Assembly: GCA_964057225.1 (NCBI GenBank)
Contig: OZ059898.1
Span: 13,640,001-13,704,000, forward strand
Direction: 5' to 3'
Source of the DNA: Auanema rhodensis
Lineage: Eukaryota > Animalia > Nematoda
DNA length: 64,000 nt
The position numbers were made by a program, and so were the translations under genes. The notes under the pieces were generated by a model. The model made no database searches. It was given only the letters and a program-made list of their open reading frames with translations, and was not told the origin of the DNA. Each line of letters begins with the position of its first letter. The first letter of the stretch is position 1. This document shows, piece by piece, positions 25,716 through 37,711 of the stretch.

Positions 25716-27323
25716 ATGAAATCAATTGTAAGTATTTTCTAAAATATTTTTGAATAACTTTTTAAATTTTTGTAGACAAAATCACCGTTTGTATGGCTAT
25801 GTATTATATTCATTGGTGGAACATTTCTAGAAATTATCAGCCGATTCAATAATTTTACTACATCTTCATCTTTTTCTCAAAGTATTCAAGACAATTACAA
25901 CTTTTTTTTGTTAAATTCAGCTTTTTTCCAGCATTTTTCAGTATTAATGATTCATATAACAATCGTTTCTATCCAAGAAAAAAAGTTCTAATTTATGCTG
26001 CAACAACATTTTTTCATAAAACAATAACTGATGAATCGTTTCTAGATGGCTGTACATCAACAAAGGTATTTAAACCTTTAAAATATTAAAAATAAATTTT
26101 ATATCTTAGGGTTTCTGCCATATCACATCAGATTCAAATGATTTAGAAAAAGCTGATGTGATTGTTTTTCATAATGCGGATTATTCAAGTGATAGATTAC
26201 CGCCAATTCGTTATAATGTTCCTTACGTGTTATACAGTATGGAAAGTCCATATAATGATAAATTCCGTCCAGGACAAGGTATTTTTAATTCTTCTTAAAA
26301 GATTTTAAAATAAAATTATTTTTAAAGATATAATAAATTGGACTATGAGTTATCGAAGAGATGCTGATGTTTGGTATCCATATGGTCATTTTGAACCTTT
26401 AGAAACAGAAAGTGATTGTTTAAATTCATAATTCTTCTCTTTTCTTTTTAATATTTTTCTTTTTTACTTCTAATCAATATTTCATTTAGTTGATTATGAT
26501 TTGGATTCAATATGGTATGCGAAAGATCCGTATAAATCAGTTGCATGGTTAGCTTCTAACTGTCATACAGGAAATAATCGTATAGTATTAATAAAAGAAT
26601 TAATTAAATTAGGAATGAAGGTATTTCAAAATATTTTTAAAAAATAAAATTTTAAATGAAATAGGCTGATTTATATGGTCGTTGTGGAAAACCAGCACCA
26701 AAATGTCAAGGAGTATCAAAGCAAAGTGATCATTGTGTTATACAATTACTAAAGTAATATTTTGAATTTATTATAATTATATGAATCAAAGGATTGAAAT
26801 CAAATTACAGGCCATACAAATTCTATTTGGCATTTGAAAATACGAATTGTCGTGATTATGTTTCTGAAAAATTCTTTGAATCACTTCGGACTCGAATGGT
26901 CGTACCAATAGTAATGGAAAGAAAAATATACGAAGACATCGGTGTAAGCTGCAAAATTAAAATTTAAAGTTCTAACATGTTGAATCATCTTTCAGGCTCC
27001 ACCTTCTTCTTTTATAGCAATATCAGATTTTGAAACTTTAAATGATTTTACAAACCATTTAATTGATTTAGAATTGGATAAAAAGAAATATTTGAAATAT
27101 CACGAATGGAGAAGATCATATAGGTTTTTGACAAATTTCTTCCATGCAATGTTTTAACCTTTGATATTTCAGAGTTCAACCAGTTCAACATGATCGTACA
27201 GGGTTTTGTGAACTATGTCGTCGACTTCAAAAACCAATATTCCATCATAAAAGTTATAAAAATATTTCAAAATGGAATGAGGAAAAGATATGTAATCAAT
27301 CATTTATATTAAAATATGTATAG
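25716..27323 (+). CDS. Alpha-1,3-fucosyltransferase (glycosyltransferase family 10), type II membrane protein
   Basis: Multi-exon model starting with micro-exon ATGAAATCAATT/gtaagt and an N-terminal TM segment (FVWLCIIFIGGTFLEII). Family motifs: ADVIVFHNAD, YSMESP, NWTMSYRRDADVWYPYG, VAWLASNC, DLYGRCG and the GT10 signature YKFYLAFENTNCRDYVSEKFF. Stop TAG at 27321-27323. Confidence 0.93.
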
Positions 27324-27425
27324 TTTAATTTCTGAAATTATTTTTAAAAATGCGGGTCTAATGATGAATCAATGTTAAAATTATTTATATAATTAATTAA
27401 TTTATAATAAAATATTAATATAATA

Positions 27426-30057
27426 TTATCCTGTATCTGTTAAATATTTTAAAAAGTTATGTGCATTTTGATAATCAACTAAATCTTCTTTCTGATTTAC
27501 TTGTGCAAGTTCACTTAAAATTTCCAAGAAATTATCTGAACGTATTGAAGTATTTTGAGGCTGAAATAGATAAGTTTTAAATTTTTTTTGTTATAATATG
27601 GAAACCTCTCGAATTTGTTTTCGTTTAAATGACCACATCTTATAATCAGGTATGAATGATATTGGAGATGATGTTGTTACTGTTAACTTCAATGGATATA
27701 TAGGTCTTAATGTAACTTCTGATGATGAAAGATTGATGAAATTATCTTCTGTTGTACGAGGCATTTCTAAATTAATTACAATAAGATTGTTATACAACTT
27801 AATTTGTAGTTCACCTGTTGTTGTTGTTGTTGTTCGACGAGTTATAACTCGTGGCATTGGGGTTACACGATAGCTTCTTGTGGACGATAAAGGAGTTGTA
27901 GTTGTAGTCGTGGTTGTTGTTGAGGTAGTTGTCGGTCTGGTAGTTGTGGGGGTTGAGGTTGTTGTTCGTATTCTTGGTGGCATAGTAACGATTACAGCAT
28001 TACGTGGTGAAGATGTGGTAGTTCGATATTCTCCTCTCTTTGATTCTGCTGTCAAGATGGCAAGCTTCCGTCTCAAAGCTGCTTTTCCTCGGTTTTTTCG
28101 GAAATTTCTGCGTTCTGGAGAATTCATGGCTCCAACTAAAAAAGGGGATTGCAACAATAATGATAAGATAATGGTACCAGCATTCAATGGTGTGTCAATG
28201 GAACTGTACTCCTGAGTTTCGGTTGAGTTTCCTTTTTCAAGTTCAGTTCGATGTCTTTTCAACATATTCTGAAGTAAAATGAGATCAAATATAAACTTTA
28301 AAAATTTTTTAACTGGATATCTAATACAGCAAGTGAACGGCGAACATTGAGTATAAGCTCCAGAACAATGACATGGTAATACGTTACATCGGATAGTTGC
28401 TGGTGGAACAATCAGACAATCCACATGACATGAAGGCATACTGAAATTCAAAAAAGAATATCAATAAGTTTTTTCTAAATTGAAAACCAATCAGGACGGC
28501 AGAATGGTCGGTGAGATTGTATTTCCTGCATAGGGAATGGAGCAAATTGGACATGTGAAGTACACTGAGGAAGACATTGGGGTTGACAAGATGGAGCGCA
28601 TTGAGCTGTAGGGTTTGGATGTATCACAACAACAAACGGCTGATTTGGTGTAGGAGATCCTTTAATTTAAAAAATATTTTAATAACTTTTGAAAACAAAT
28701 GAGAGAAGTCATTCAACCATAAAATCCAAACATAGTTACCTGGTAAAGTTGTAGCATGAACTGCGGAATTCTGACAACATTGATGACCACACCATCCCAT
28801 TTGGCAATGTGGAAACGGATCCTGTAATCAAAATTTTAAAGTAATACCATAAGGAACTAAAAGTTGTAACCTCATATTCACTGTACATGCTCATTCCTCT
28901 CATTCCGAATCGTTGCTTCTTCCGTACAAGATCGTTTAATTCTGTTTTCTTTTGCTTCTCTTCGATCATGTCATCGCTAATGATCTGTCGGTTCCGGCTT
29001 ATTGACGTTCGCTGACGTTCTGACGGGATCACCGCAGATGTTGTGCGACTATTGCTTGTAGTACTGCTAGTGCCACCGTTGACAATATTCTCGGGGAGAG
29101 CAAGATGTCGTTGAAAGCTTCCGGCTGTTTGCGGTGATGATGTTACAGGTGACGTCATTGGCGGCGTCTTTAGAGTAATACGAGGATACGGATCAAGCAA
29201 GGGAATAGGAGCATGAGCACGATGAGGTGCCGTATCTAATGGTTTTTGAATGAATGTTGATGCAGGTTGAATGAAAGTTTGATTTCCTTTAACTACAGGA
29301 TATAATGGTTGAATAATGGGTAATTGAATATTTTGTGGTTCAATTCGAACAAAATGTTGAAACTTTCGAATTGGAATAACTATAAAACAAGATTATAACT
29401 AGAATAAAATAAAAATTCTGATGTTACCATTAGGTTCTTGTTTGTTTAAGATTATAGTATTAGGATTTACTTTGTTATTATTACTCCATCTTAATTGATT
29501 ATACTCTTCCAGACTAATGGATCGTGGTTCAGATTTAAAATTCTAAATATATTAAATTATTTATAATAAAATAAAGGATTTAAAATTAATTAGCATATGA
29601 TTAAGAGCCAACTAATTCAAGTGTATATTCGGATTCACGTGAATGAGCTCACGTCAAAATTCTCATTTTTTTTTAACGTTAGCATAGTACTGGTGGTTGC
29701 ATTTAGAACTTTATATTTTTTATTTTTTGAATAATAAATTTCAAATTTTAGAAAAAAGAGGAATCTGGAAATGAGAAAGCAAAAAGAAACTTACGTTGGA
29801 TGGTTTCAGTTCTGAATTACCAATTGACCATGCTGCATATCTTTGAGCTATATCCAATAGATTAGCTTCCTAAAATGATGACATAATCAAAAAATATTAA
29901 TATTCAATAAAGAAAAAACTCAATTTTTTTCTTTTAATCCATATACAGTAATTTCAATTTAATTATAATATTTCTTTTTATCGCTTACCTCTTGTGAAAA
30001 AGCTTTTGAAGATAATATAATAGTTAAGAGAAAAATAATAATGTAAGTTGAAGACAT
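27426..30057 (-). CDS. Secreted protein with nematode Cys-rich repeats (CxxxCxPxCxxxC) and Thr-rich mucin-like tracts
   Basis: Signal-peptide exon MSSTYIIIFLLTIILSSKAFSQE (30057-29989). Later exons give CQMGWCGHQCC, CAPSCQPQCLPQC, CRPDCMPSCHVDC, CNVLPCHCSGAYTQCSPFTCC and a poly-Thr tract at ~27890-27965. The last exon ends ...LTDTG* at 27426. Some internal exon boundaries are approximate. Confidence 0.8.
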
Positions 30058-30484
30058 TCGCTCGTCAAATTCTAAAGTAGATTTGATTCAGAATAATGAA
30101 TATAGTGCTTGAGAGAATCTGCACACGTATGACGTTTTGACACTTTCTATATATCTAAGACAAATAGAATAATTGCAACCAAATATGGGACATGATGATG
30201 ATGATGAGAAGGATGACGAGATGAATAAACGAAAAGCGCAATAGGCTCATTCAGAAACTAGAAGACATGATATCTAATGAGATTATAGTGTATAGTAAAG
30301 TATATTTTTAAATTTTTTTTCAGTTCATATTGTATAATTATATAATAATAATTAAATTGAAAAGTTATAAATATATATATCTTTATTTTGTCTCTGATCC
30401 CGTCTACAACGAAAATAAATAAATAAATAATAAATAAATATAATATAATATATAATATATCTCCGATTCTATGAGCTGCTTGTT

Positions 30485-31468
30485 TTAGAGTCCCATTTGA
30501 CTTAATTGTGATAAGATGGACTGGTGAACATCACGTCTCATACGGAAGGATAGACGGCAGCTAAGAACCATTGGAGAACATCTAAAGAACTTTAATTAAC
30601 AAAAAAATTTCGATATTTATGATTTAACCTTGGTGGTGGTGGACCACAGTTTGGACATTCAACTAATGGAGCAGAGCATCTGCAGGGAACTGGACGGGGA
30701 GCTTGACACATGCATGGTGGTGGAGGTGGTGGTGGAAGTTCTCCCTAAAAATGTTGAAATGCTATTCTGAAATCTCTTGTAGCTGCTAAGTACCTGACAA
30801 CAGGGGTTTGCGGGTGTAGGTGCAGCAGCACAACAAGAAGATGGTTGTGGTAGTGGTGGTGGTTGAACCAAAGCTTGACAACATGGATTAGCTGGAGCTG
30901 GAGCTGCCTTGCAGCATGAGACAGTTGGAGAAATAGCAAGCTGAAAAGAATAACTAGTAAGCTTGCAACCACTCATTTTATTCTGATTTTGATAAAATTT
31001 TGAAAAGTTTAGGATAATCGTTTGAGAATATTTGCCTTTGTTCCGTTGATTATTACAAATTCACTAATAGGTGAAAGAATGATTGGAACTGGGACCAGAA
31101 TGGTCTGGAAGACGCTCTCTCTGATACCCGTTTTTACTACTAGAAATGAATTACCTGACAACATCCAGGGTTGGGTCGAGGAGCATTGCAGCATGATTCT
31201 TGCATTGGTGGGGGTGGTGGTGGAAGTGGAGCATTATTACAGCAAACAGGACATTGAGCACACAATGGAGGTGAGCTGCAACCACCTTGACCACAAAATC
31301 GCTTGACACGAGATACTGCTGTACTCTGTAATTAGCCGTATTAGTATATGAAATACATAAAAATAAAGAATAACAAGTAGTATATAGCATATTACTTACC
31401 GAAGATGGAGTTGGCTGAGTACTGAGGAAAAGCACAGAGCATGCAACAACAACAGATGAATATCTCAT
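30485..31468 (-). CDS. Secreted Cys/Pro-rich precursor (199 aa), putative cuticle or apical-matrix protein
   Basis: Exons 31468-31400, 31325-31155, 30940-30794, 30744-30629 and 30581-30485 total 600 nt in frame. It has a signal peptide, an RVKR site, a core with 26 Cys and poly-Pro runs, and an RMRR site near the C-terminus. Confidence 0.88.
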
Positions 31469-31535
31469 GGTTGGAGTGAGGAATTGAATTGAGCCAAATA
31501 AGTTAATTGATGATTGAAATCAGACCTGAACTCAC

Positions 31536-31544
31536 TTATATACC
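31536..31544 (-). promoter_or_regulatory. TATA box (GTATATAAG) of the Cys/Pro-rich gene
   Basis: Matches the nematode extended TATA consensus GTATAWAAG and lies ~70 nt upstream of the ATG at 31468. Confidence 0.7.
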
Positions 31545-32140
31545 CCCTGAACCGGTGTTTTTCTGCTCCTTGACATAGCTGTCAAAGGTCAGTACAGACA
31601 GACAATGAAACAGTCTGGGTAAAGCATAAAACTGGATTTTCATTTATCATTTAATTTCGGAACTTTCAAAACCGTTTCTGGATTATATAAGATTTGAAAG
31701 ATCATAGAAAACAAGTCTACGTCAATCAACAAAAGGTTGAATTTTTTCTAAAAAATTCTTCAAATCAAAAGAAAAAAGTTTTTATTTTTAGTTTAAGAAC
31801 ATTTAGATTGTGAATAAATTCGATTTTCTTCTTTATTTTCTTCAATTTATATTTCAACTGAAGATTCTATCCGATAATTGTGAATAATTTGTTTATTTTT
31901 AGAAATATTCTATACTCTTATTGTTTTCATATTTTTGTTTATTAATTTACATTTGTTACGCTAACATCAATCACGTGAATTTAGAATATTATTTTGATTT
32001 TGAAAAGACGTGAAAGCGGTTGTATACTGTTAACTATACAAACTATTTTTTTAATTATTCTAATTATAATGAGATGAAAGAGGGTTAGAAATCTTTATTC
32101 ATATAGATGTTACAAGATGAATATCATTGATTCTTCTATC

Positions 32141-32491
32141 TTACCAACCGTTGGCATCCCAGCACTTCATGGTCTTGTTGAATTCTTTGACAGTCATACA
32201 ACACCTAGAATGAAATCAAGTTGGAACTTGAAGTCAAAACTTGAAGCCTTACATGTAGTAGTTGTTGTTACAGTTGTGCATCTGAATATCAAGACATCTC
32301 TTATAACACTTGTCAGCACACCAGGTTTCTCTCCAGCTGAAAAGCTCAAAGTAAGGTTAGAAACTTAGAAGACACAACGTTTGGGGGATGGAAGCTTCAC
32401 AGTTGGATCCAGCAAGAGTTCCGTGACAGTAGTCAACGCAGGAAGCATAAGCAGCAGCAATGCAGACAGCAAGAACAATGAGGAGTTTCAT
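32141..32491 (-). CDS. Secreted 10-Cys peptide, copy A (86 aa; M>W variant)
   Basis: Reverse complement of copy B with the same three-exon structure. ATG at 32491, TAA at 32141-32143. Encodes RETWCADK rather than RETMCADK. Confidence 0.88.
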
Positions 32492-32594
32492 TCTGAAAGT
32501 TTGAGTTTCAAGTTGGAAAGTTGAAAAGTTGGAAGCTGAAAAGGAGAAAGATATGCAGGATGATGATGATGATCTGATGTTTAACTGTTAACTG

Positions 32595-32847
32595 CTTATA
32601 TACATGATTGTAATTTTAATAAAAAATTTAATATATATTATACTATATAGAATAAAATAAAAGTTTTATAATTTGGTTATAAAACTTTATTTTAAACTTT
32701 GATATCAAAAAGAATTTTATACAAACTTGTATCACTAAGTAGGCGTTAAAGAGCTCCCACTGTTTACAAGCCAGCATGAGATCTATTGAAAAACAAATTT
32801 CTTTTTTCTATTAAAAGTTCAAAAAAGATTAAAATTATGTATTTAAG
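32595..32847. promoter_or_regulatory. Shared bidirectional promoter of peptide copies A and B (repeated at ~38744-38996 for C and D)
   Basis: Outward-facing TATA-like boxes GTATATAAG (minus, 32595-32603) and GTATTTAAG (plus, 32839-32847). Forkhead-type TGTTTAC at 32761-32767. Confidence 0.65.
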
Positions 32848-32943
32848 CAGTTAAACATCAGATCATCATCATTATCCAGCATATCCTTCACTTTTCCAGC
32901 TTCCAACTTTCCAACCTTCTAACTTGAAACTCAAACTTTCAGA

Positions 32944-33295
32944 ATGAAACTCCTCATCGTTCTTGCTGTCTGCATTGCTGCTGCCTATGCTTCCTGCGTT
33001 GACTACTGTCACGGAACTCTTGCTGGATCCAACTGTGAAGCTTCCATCCCCCAAACGTTGTGTCTTCCCGAATTTCTAACCTTACTTTGAGCTTTTCAGC
33101 TGGAGAGAAACCATGTGTGCTGACAAGTGTTATAAGAGATGTCTTGATATTCAGATGCACAACTGTAACAACAACTACTACATGTAAGGCTTCAAGTTTT
33201 GAATTCAAGTTCCAACTTGATTTCATTCTAGGTGTTGTATGACTGTCAAAGAATTCAACAAGACCATGAAGTGCTGGGATGCCAACGGTTGGTAA
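32944..33295 (+). CDS. Secreted 10-Cys peptide, copy B (86 aa)
   Basis: Exons 32944-33056, 33100-33183 and 33232-33295 (261 nt; introns of 43 and 48 nt, GT-AG). Protein: MKLLIVLAVCIAAAYA-SCVDYCHGTLAGSNCEASIPQTWRETMCADKCYKRCLDIQMHNCNNNYYMCCMTVKEFNKTMKCWDANGW*. AATAAA at 33337-33342. Confidence 0.9.
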
Positions 33296-33525
33296 GAAAG
33301 AAGAATCAATGATATTCATCTTGTAACATCTATATGAATAAAGATTTCTAACCTTCTTTCATTTCATTATAATTAGAATAATTAAGAAAATAGTTTGTAT
33401 AGTTAACAGTATACAACCGCTTTCACGTCTCTTCAAAATCAAAATAAGATGTACCAAATTAATTTAAAGAAATAATTTAAAAGTTTATTTTATTAAAAAA
33501 AAAAGAAAAAGTTTTTTTGAATATA

Positions 33526-34815
33526 TTATTTGATATCAATTATAGTGGTTGGTCTTGCTTGTCGCTTATAAAGTTTAATTCTTAAAAATTGTATAACGCA
33601 TTTTCTATATGATGGTACGGTATATAATGTTAAAACTGATCCACATATAAAATAAATTATTAAACATGAAATAAGAAAATTTTGAATTTCTGCAGAAAAA
33701 AAAGGAAAATAATTGATATAAACAAAACGTTTTTACCTTTTACATTGTAACATAAATATGATAAAAGAAGAAATATAAAAGATATTATGGTAGCAATTAT
33801 GAGAGCAAGAGCCTTAATATAAATAATATTTTATAATAAACAAATATATTTCAAAAAAAAAAACAAATAAAAAATAATAAAAACCTGAATGAAATTTATT
33901 TTTATGAGCATTTTATGTGAAGTTAAAGTTTGTTGAGACATGCTGCTCTTGATATTATTAAATCTATTCCATGTAAGAGCCCCTAATGTACAAATTTCAA
34001 TCAAAAATAAAGTTAAATTTATCATAGTTAGCACAATATTGCTAATAATATATGAACCTGACTTTGTTAATGATATAATTAAAGTTTTTTCTTGTAAAAT
34101 ATCTTTTGGATCACCAGGATATATCTGGAAATTGATTAGGTTCAGTTTCACATAATGAAAACTATATGGTATAGTATAGTATGTCAAACCTTTAAACAAT
34201 CATTCTTTACTTCTTCAATATTTTCAATTTTTGTTATAAGAACAAGAATATTCGGAATTAGTGAATATCTAAGAAACGTCTCCATCTTTATTATATATTT
34301 AAGTGTTTTGTGCATTTTTATTTGTACAGCTTGATAACGAAAATGAAACATTAAGATTGTAATTCCACCGTAATCTTAAGAATATTTGATTATTTTTAAA
34401 AATAAAAAATTATAAAAGATACTTACAATAAAGTAATAAAACAATTACTAAAGTTAATGTAAGTGTTGAAACTCCAGAATATTTTAAAAGTCCCATTGGA
34501 TATCCTCCTAAACAAGGAGCTACAAACATAGGCATTGCTCCACATGACACAATAAATGAGAATAGTAGTCCACTTGAAAATATATTTGTTAAAAGAATTT
34601 TTTAAAATTTTAAAAACTATAAGTTCCATATGGAAGCACTTTCGTAATTCTCTCCAAATTAATATTAAAACTTACAAGAAACATTGTAAAAATAAACAAT
34701 TTCTATATTCGTTATCCATATTTGAAGGAGAATGGTATAAAACACAAAATGAAGCAATACATAAACATATAAATGATGTTGGAATACAAGTATAACATGC
34801 TATTTCGTAAATCAT
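33526..34815 (-). CDS. Serpentine 7TM chemoreceptor, Str superfamily (srd/srh/sri-like)
   Basis: N-terminus MIYEIACYTCIPTSFICLCIASFCVLYHSPSNMDNEYRNCLFLQ (SP..M..YR motif), multiple TM exons, loop MSQQTLTSHKMLIKINFIQ, and TM7 GSVLTLYTVPSYRK. Stop TAA at 33526-33528. Internal exons were not all frame-checked. Confidence 0.82.
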
Positions 34816-36376
34816 ATAACTAACTAAATAAATATAATATTAATTATTTATTAAAACTACTATCATATAATATTTTAAAAGAATTATGATATTCAAATAA
34901 AAATATAATTTTTCAAACACTTGGCACGTTTCCGAAGAAAACCTTCAACTTTAGTTAAATATCAATGGTTTTTATCTGATACTTGAAATGTTTTTTTTTA
35001 ATTTTTATGACAATAATGAGAAAAAAATTCAAAAAACCGAAAATAGAGAAGAATTCTTAAAAATATATTTGAAAAAAGAAGGGCTTGTTTATATTCTAGT
35101 AAAATAAGGATAAACTGTAAAAAATGCTGTAAATATACAAAAAATAAATAGTTTGAAATATATTATTTCTTGAAATGAAAATGAAAGATTTACACCTAGT
35201 TATTAAAGTTTTGCAAACTTGTTTTGTATTGTATTTATATAAAAATATAATAATAATCAGTTAGTATTAGTAGTGGTAATATAAAAAAATTGTTGTCTAC
35301 TTGTTGTATAAACACTGATCAAAAAGATGTTTTACTATATATTATATAATTTATTATATATTATTCTATATTATATCAAAATAATTAGATTAAATTATAG
35401 TTCAAACTTTATTTGAACAAATTTATACAACATGATATGAACTTTTTAACCATTTAAGTACCAGAAAAACTTTAATGTAACTTTCTATTAAAGTAAATCT
35501 CTAAGTTGGATAATTTTGAACTTAGGAATTGTCAAGTTAATGATTTGTTTTTCAGCAATCAGCACGGATTTCTGATATTATTAAAAGAAAAAGTTTTAAT
35601 TTTGAAAGATGCTTGTTGATGTAGCCGATAGAGACAAGTATGTGTTTCCATTATCAGATTTTCAGTGAAATATCGGCTTATTTTCATTATATTAAAATAA
35701 AATTTTGAGATTAAGCAATATCCGTCAACAGTACTTAGTGGTAGTTAAACATCTTTAGATAATCATAAGAAGAAGAAGAAGAATGAGAAGAAGAAGAAGT
35801 GAACAACAAATAAAAAAAGAAATTAGTTAAACTGGATGAAAGGATAAGCAATGAAAATAGTTTTTTCTTAATTTCAAATAATAATGGCCATAAAGCATAC
35901 TGTAATTTGCTCCGAAATGAGCCAATCACAATGCAGTATTCGAAGTAAAGTCCATGAGAACATTAACTTACCATAACTTATCACAAAATTCACAATTTTT
36001 AAATAAAAAATAAAAAATATGATACAAATGATTAAAAATAAATTCAAAAACATGATGAAAATTGTATTTTATTTTGATTTTTAAAAGAACGTTAAAAGTA
36101 CTTTTTGATAAAAAAAATTAGAATATATAGTACTTTTTAATTTTAATTTGTACTTTACATCTTTCCCTTTTTTTTTTAAAGATCAATTGATTATTATGTA
36201 ATTATGTAATTATATGATTATTTTGTTTTCATTTTGTTTATCAGTATTAAATATTTTATCATTATACATCATTAATACGTTGTTTTTTCTTTATATAAAC
36301 TTTTTTCTTTTCTTTTTTTTTGCTTATATATAAAGAATTAAATAATTTTTATGAAACATACAAATTTGTTAAATTT

Positions 36377-37711
36377 ATGATGTACATTTTATTATTTTTT
36401 CTATTACCTTTAGTATTTGCTGATAATATTCAAGAAGATGAGGTATATTTTAATATTTTTATTTCATTATATTCACATCTATCTATTCGAACTTGTTGCT
36501 TTTCAAACAATTTAATTGAAAACTCTGAAACGTTTTATAACATTATTGTGAACCATAAAGCATTTTAGAAACAAGTTTATTTGTTATATAAACAAATAAT
36601 TTTATTTTTTTACAATCATCAACAAAGTTTTAATTCAGTATGTGCAAGCTGCTGATATTCTTGCATTTGATGAATTATCCAAATCACAACTTGAATGTTT
36701 GAAAAATGAAGGATTTCAATCAATATTCATAAGGTTAAATTATAATTAAAATTTATAATTAAATATAAAATGTATAGAATACATCCATATGTTACTGCTT
36801 TTTCAACTGTTGATCTTGGTATTGCTCTAAGTCAAAATGCTTCAACAGGTATACTTTTGATGATGTAAATACAAAAAAAAGTGTTTTTTTCAGCTGGTTT
36901 TGAAGTAGAATTACTTCTAATTCCCAATATGAAATATATAAATATTGGATCAAAATTCTTTAGAGAATTTTATAGAAAATTGATTGCTCATCATTTATAT
37001 GCCAACAGTATATGGCTTGATGTGAGTGAAGTTTCATCCAATTTCATCAAAAAGCTCAATGCTCTCATACAAACCAATGATTTTAGGTTTCAATTCCAGC
37101 ATTTTGGTCAAATAGTTCACAATTTAATCGGAAATTTATTGATGAATTTTATAAAGAAGCACACGTAATAATATATAATATTATTCAAATATTAATTTTT
37201 AATTCAGAAAAACAATGTGAATGTTGGATTTCATACAAATCCCAATGATTGGTTCATTATAACTGATAATTATTTATTACCTGGAAAACGTTGTGATCCT
37301 GTTTGGTAAATATTTCATATTATTAGTTAAAATATTTGTTTTCTTAGGTATGATAGCAAACTTCCAGCTTCTGCCGAGCTGAGTTTTGACAATTTCGAAG
37401 AATTTGGAGGATGGACCTATGGAACTGTCCAGAATTACCAAAGCAATGAGCCATCAAAATGTGATGTCTGGATGACACAGTAAGTAATTTATATATAAAA
37501 TCACATAAATTTGATGATGATAATCAAAAAAAAGAGATGGGAAATTCACAAATCAAACCAAAAAAAAATGTTTTGCAGAATTGTATACCGTCCAAAGGGT
37601 ATGATGAATTCTGAAACTGAAGATAAAAATAAGAAAACATCAAGCATCAGGAAAATACTTCAATACATTTCATCAATAATAAGTTGGATATTACCAAATA
37701 AAAATATATAA
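36377..37711 (+). CDS. Protist-type (GH25-like) lysozyme, lys family
   Basis: Signal peptide MMYILLFFLLPLVFA. Motifs: AADI...SQLECLKNEGFQSIFIR, IWLD/VSIPAFWS, VGFHTNPNDWFIIT, PVWY, SFDNFEEFGGWT and KCDV. Exons are GT-AG bounded. Stop at 37709-37711. Confidence 0.88.

Larger units (their letters stand above)
31980..33418. repeat. Segmental duplication unit 1 (internally an inverted repeat); direct copy at ~38130-39567
   Basis: Near-identical to 38130-39567 at an offset of 6149 bp (ATGs 32491/38640 and 32944/39093). Arms ~31990-32600 and ~32838-33445 are reverse complements of each other. Confidence 0.95.

Noticed and set aside
27652-28215. Plus-strand poly-Val ORFs
   Set aside because: They are the antisense shadow of the poly-Thr coding tract on the minus strand.
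32117-32368. The four repeated MNIIDSS...PTVGIPALHG ORFs (also at 32954, 38266 and 39060) as a gene family or transposon ORF
   Set aside because: They are antisense to the spliced Cys-peptide genes, and their lengths vary with indels in the true introns. Signal peptide, TATA, splice sites and poly(A) all support the other strand.
31980-33445. Foldback or MITE transposon interpretation of the ~600-bp inverted repeats
   Set aside because: The arms are intact host-type genes. I see no transposase, target-site duplication or defined termini.
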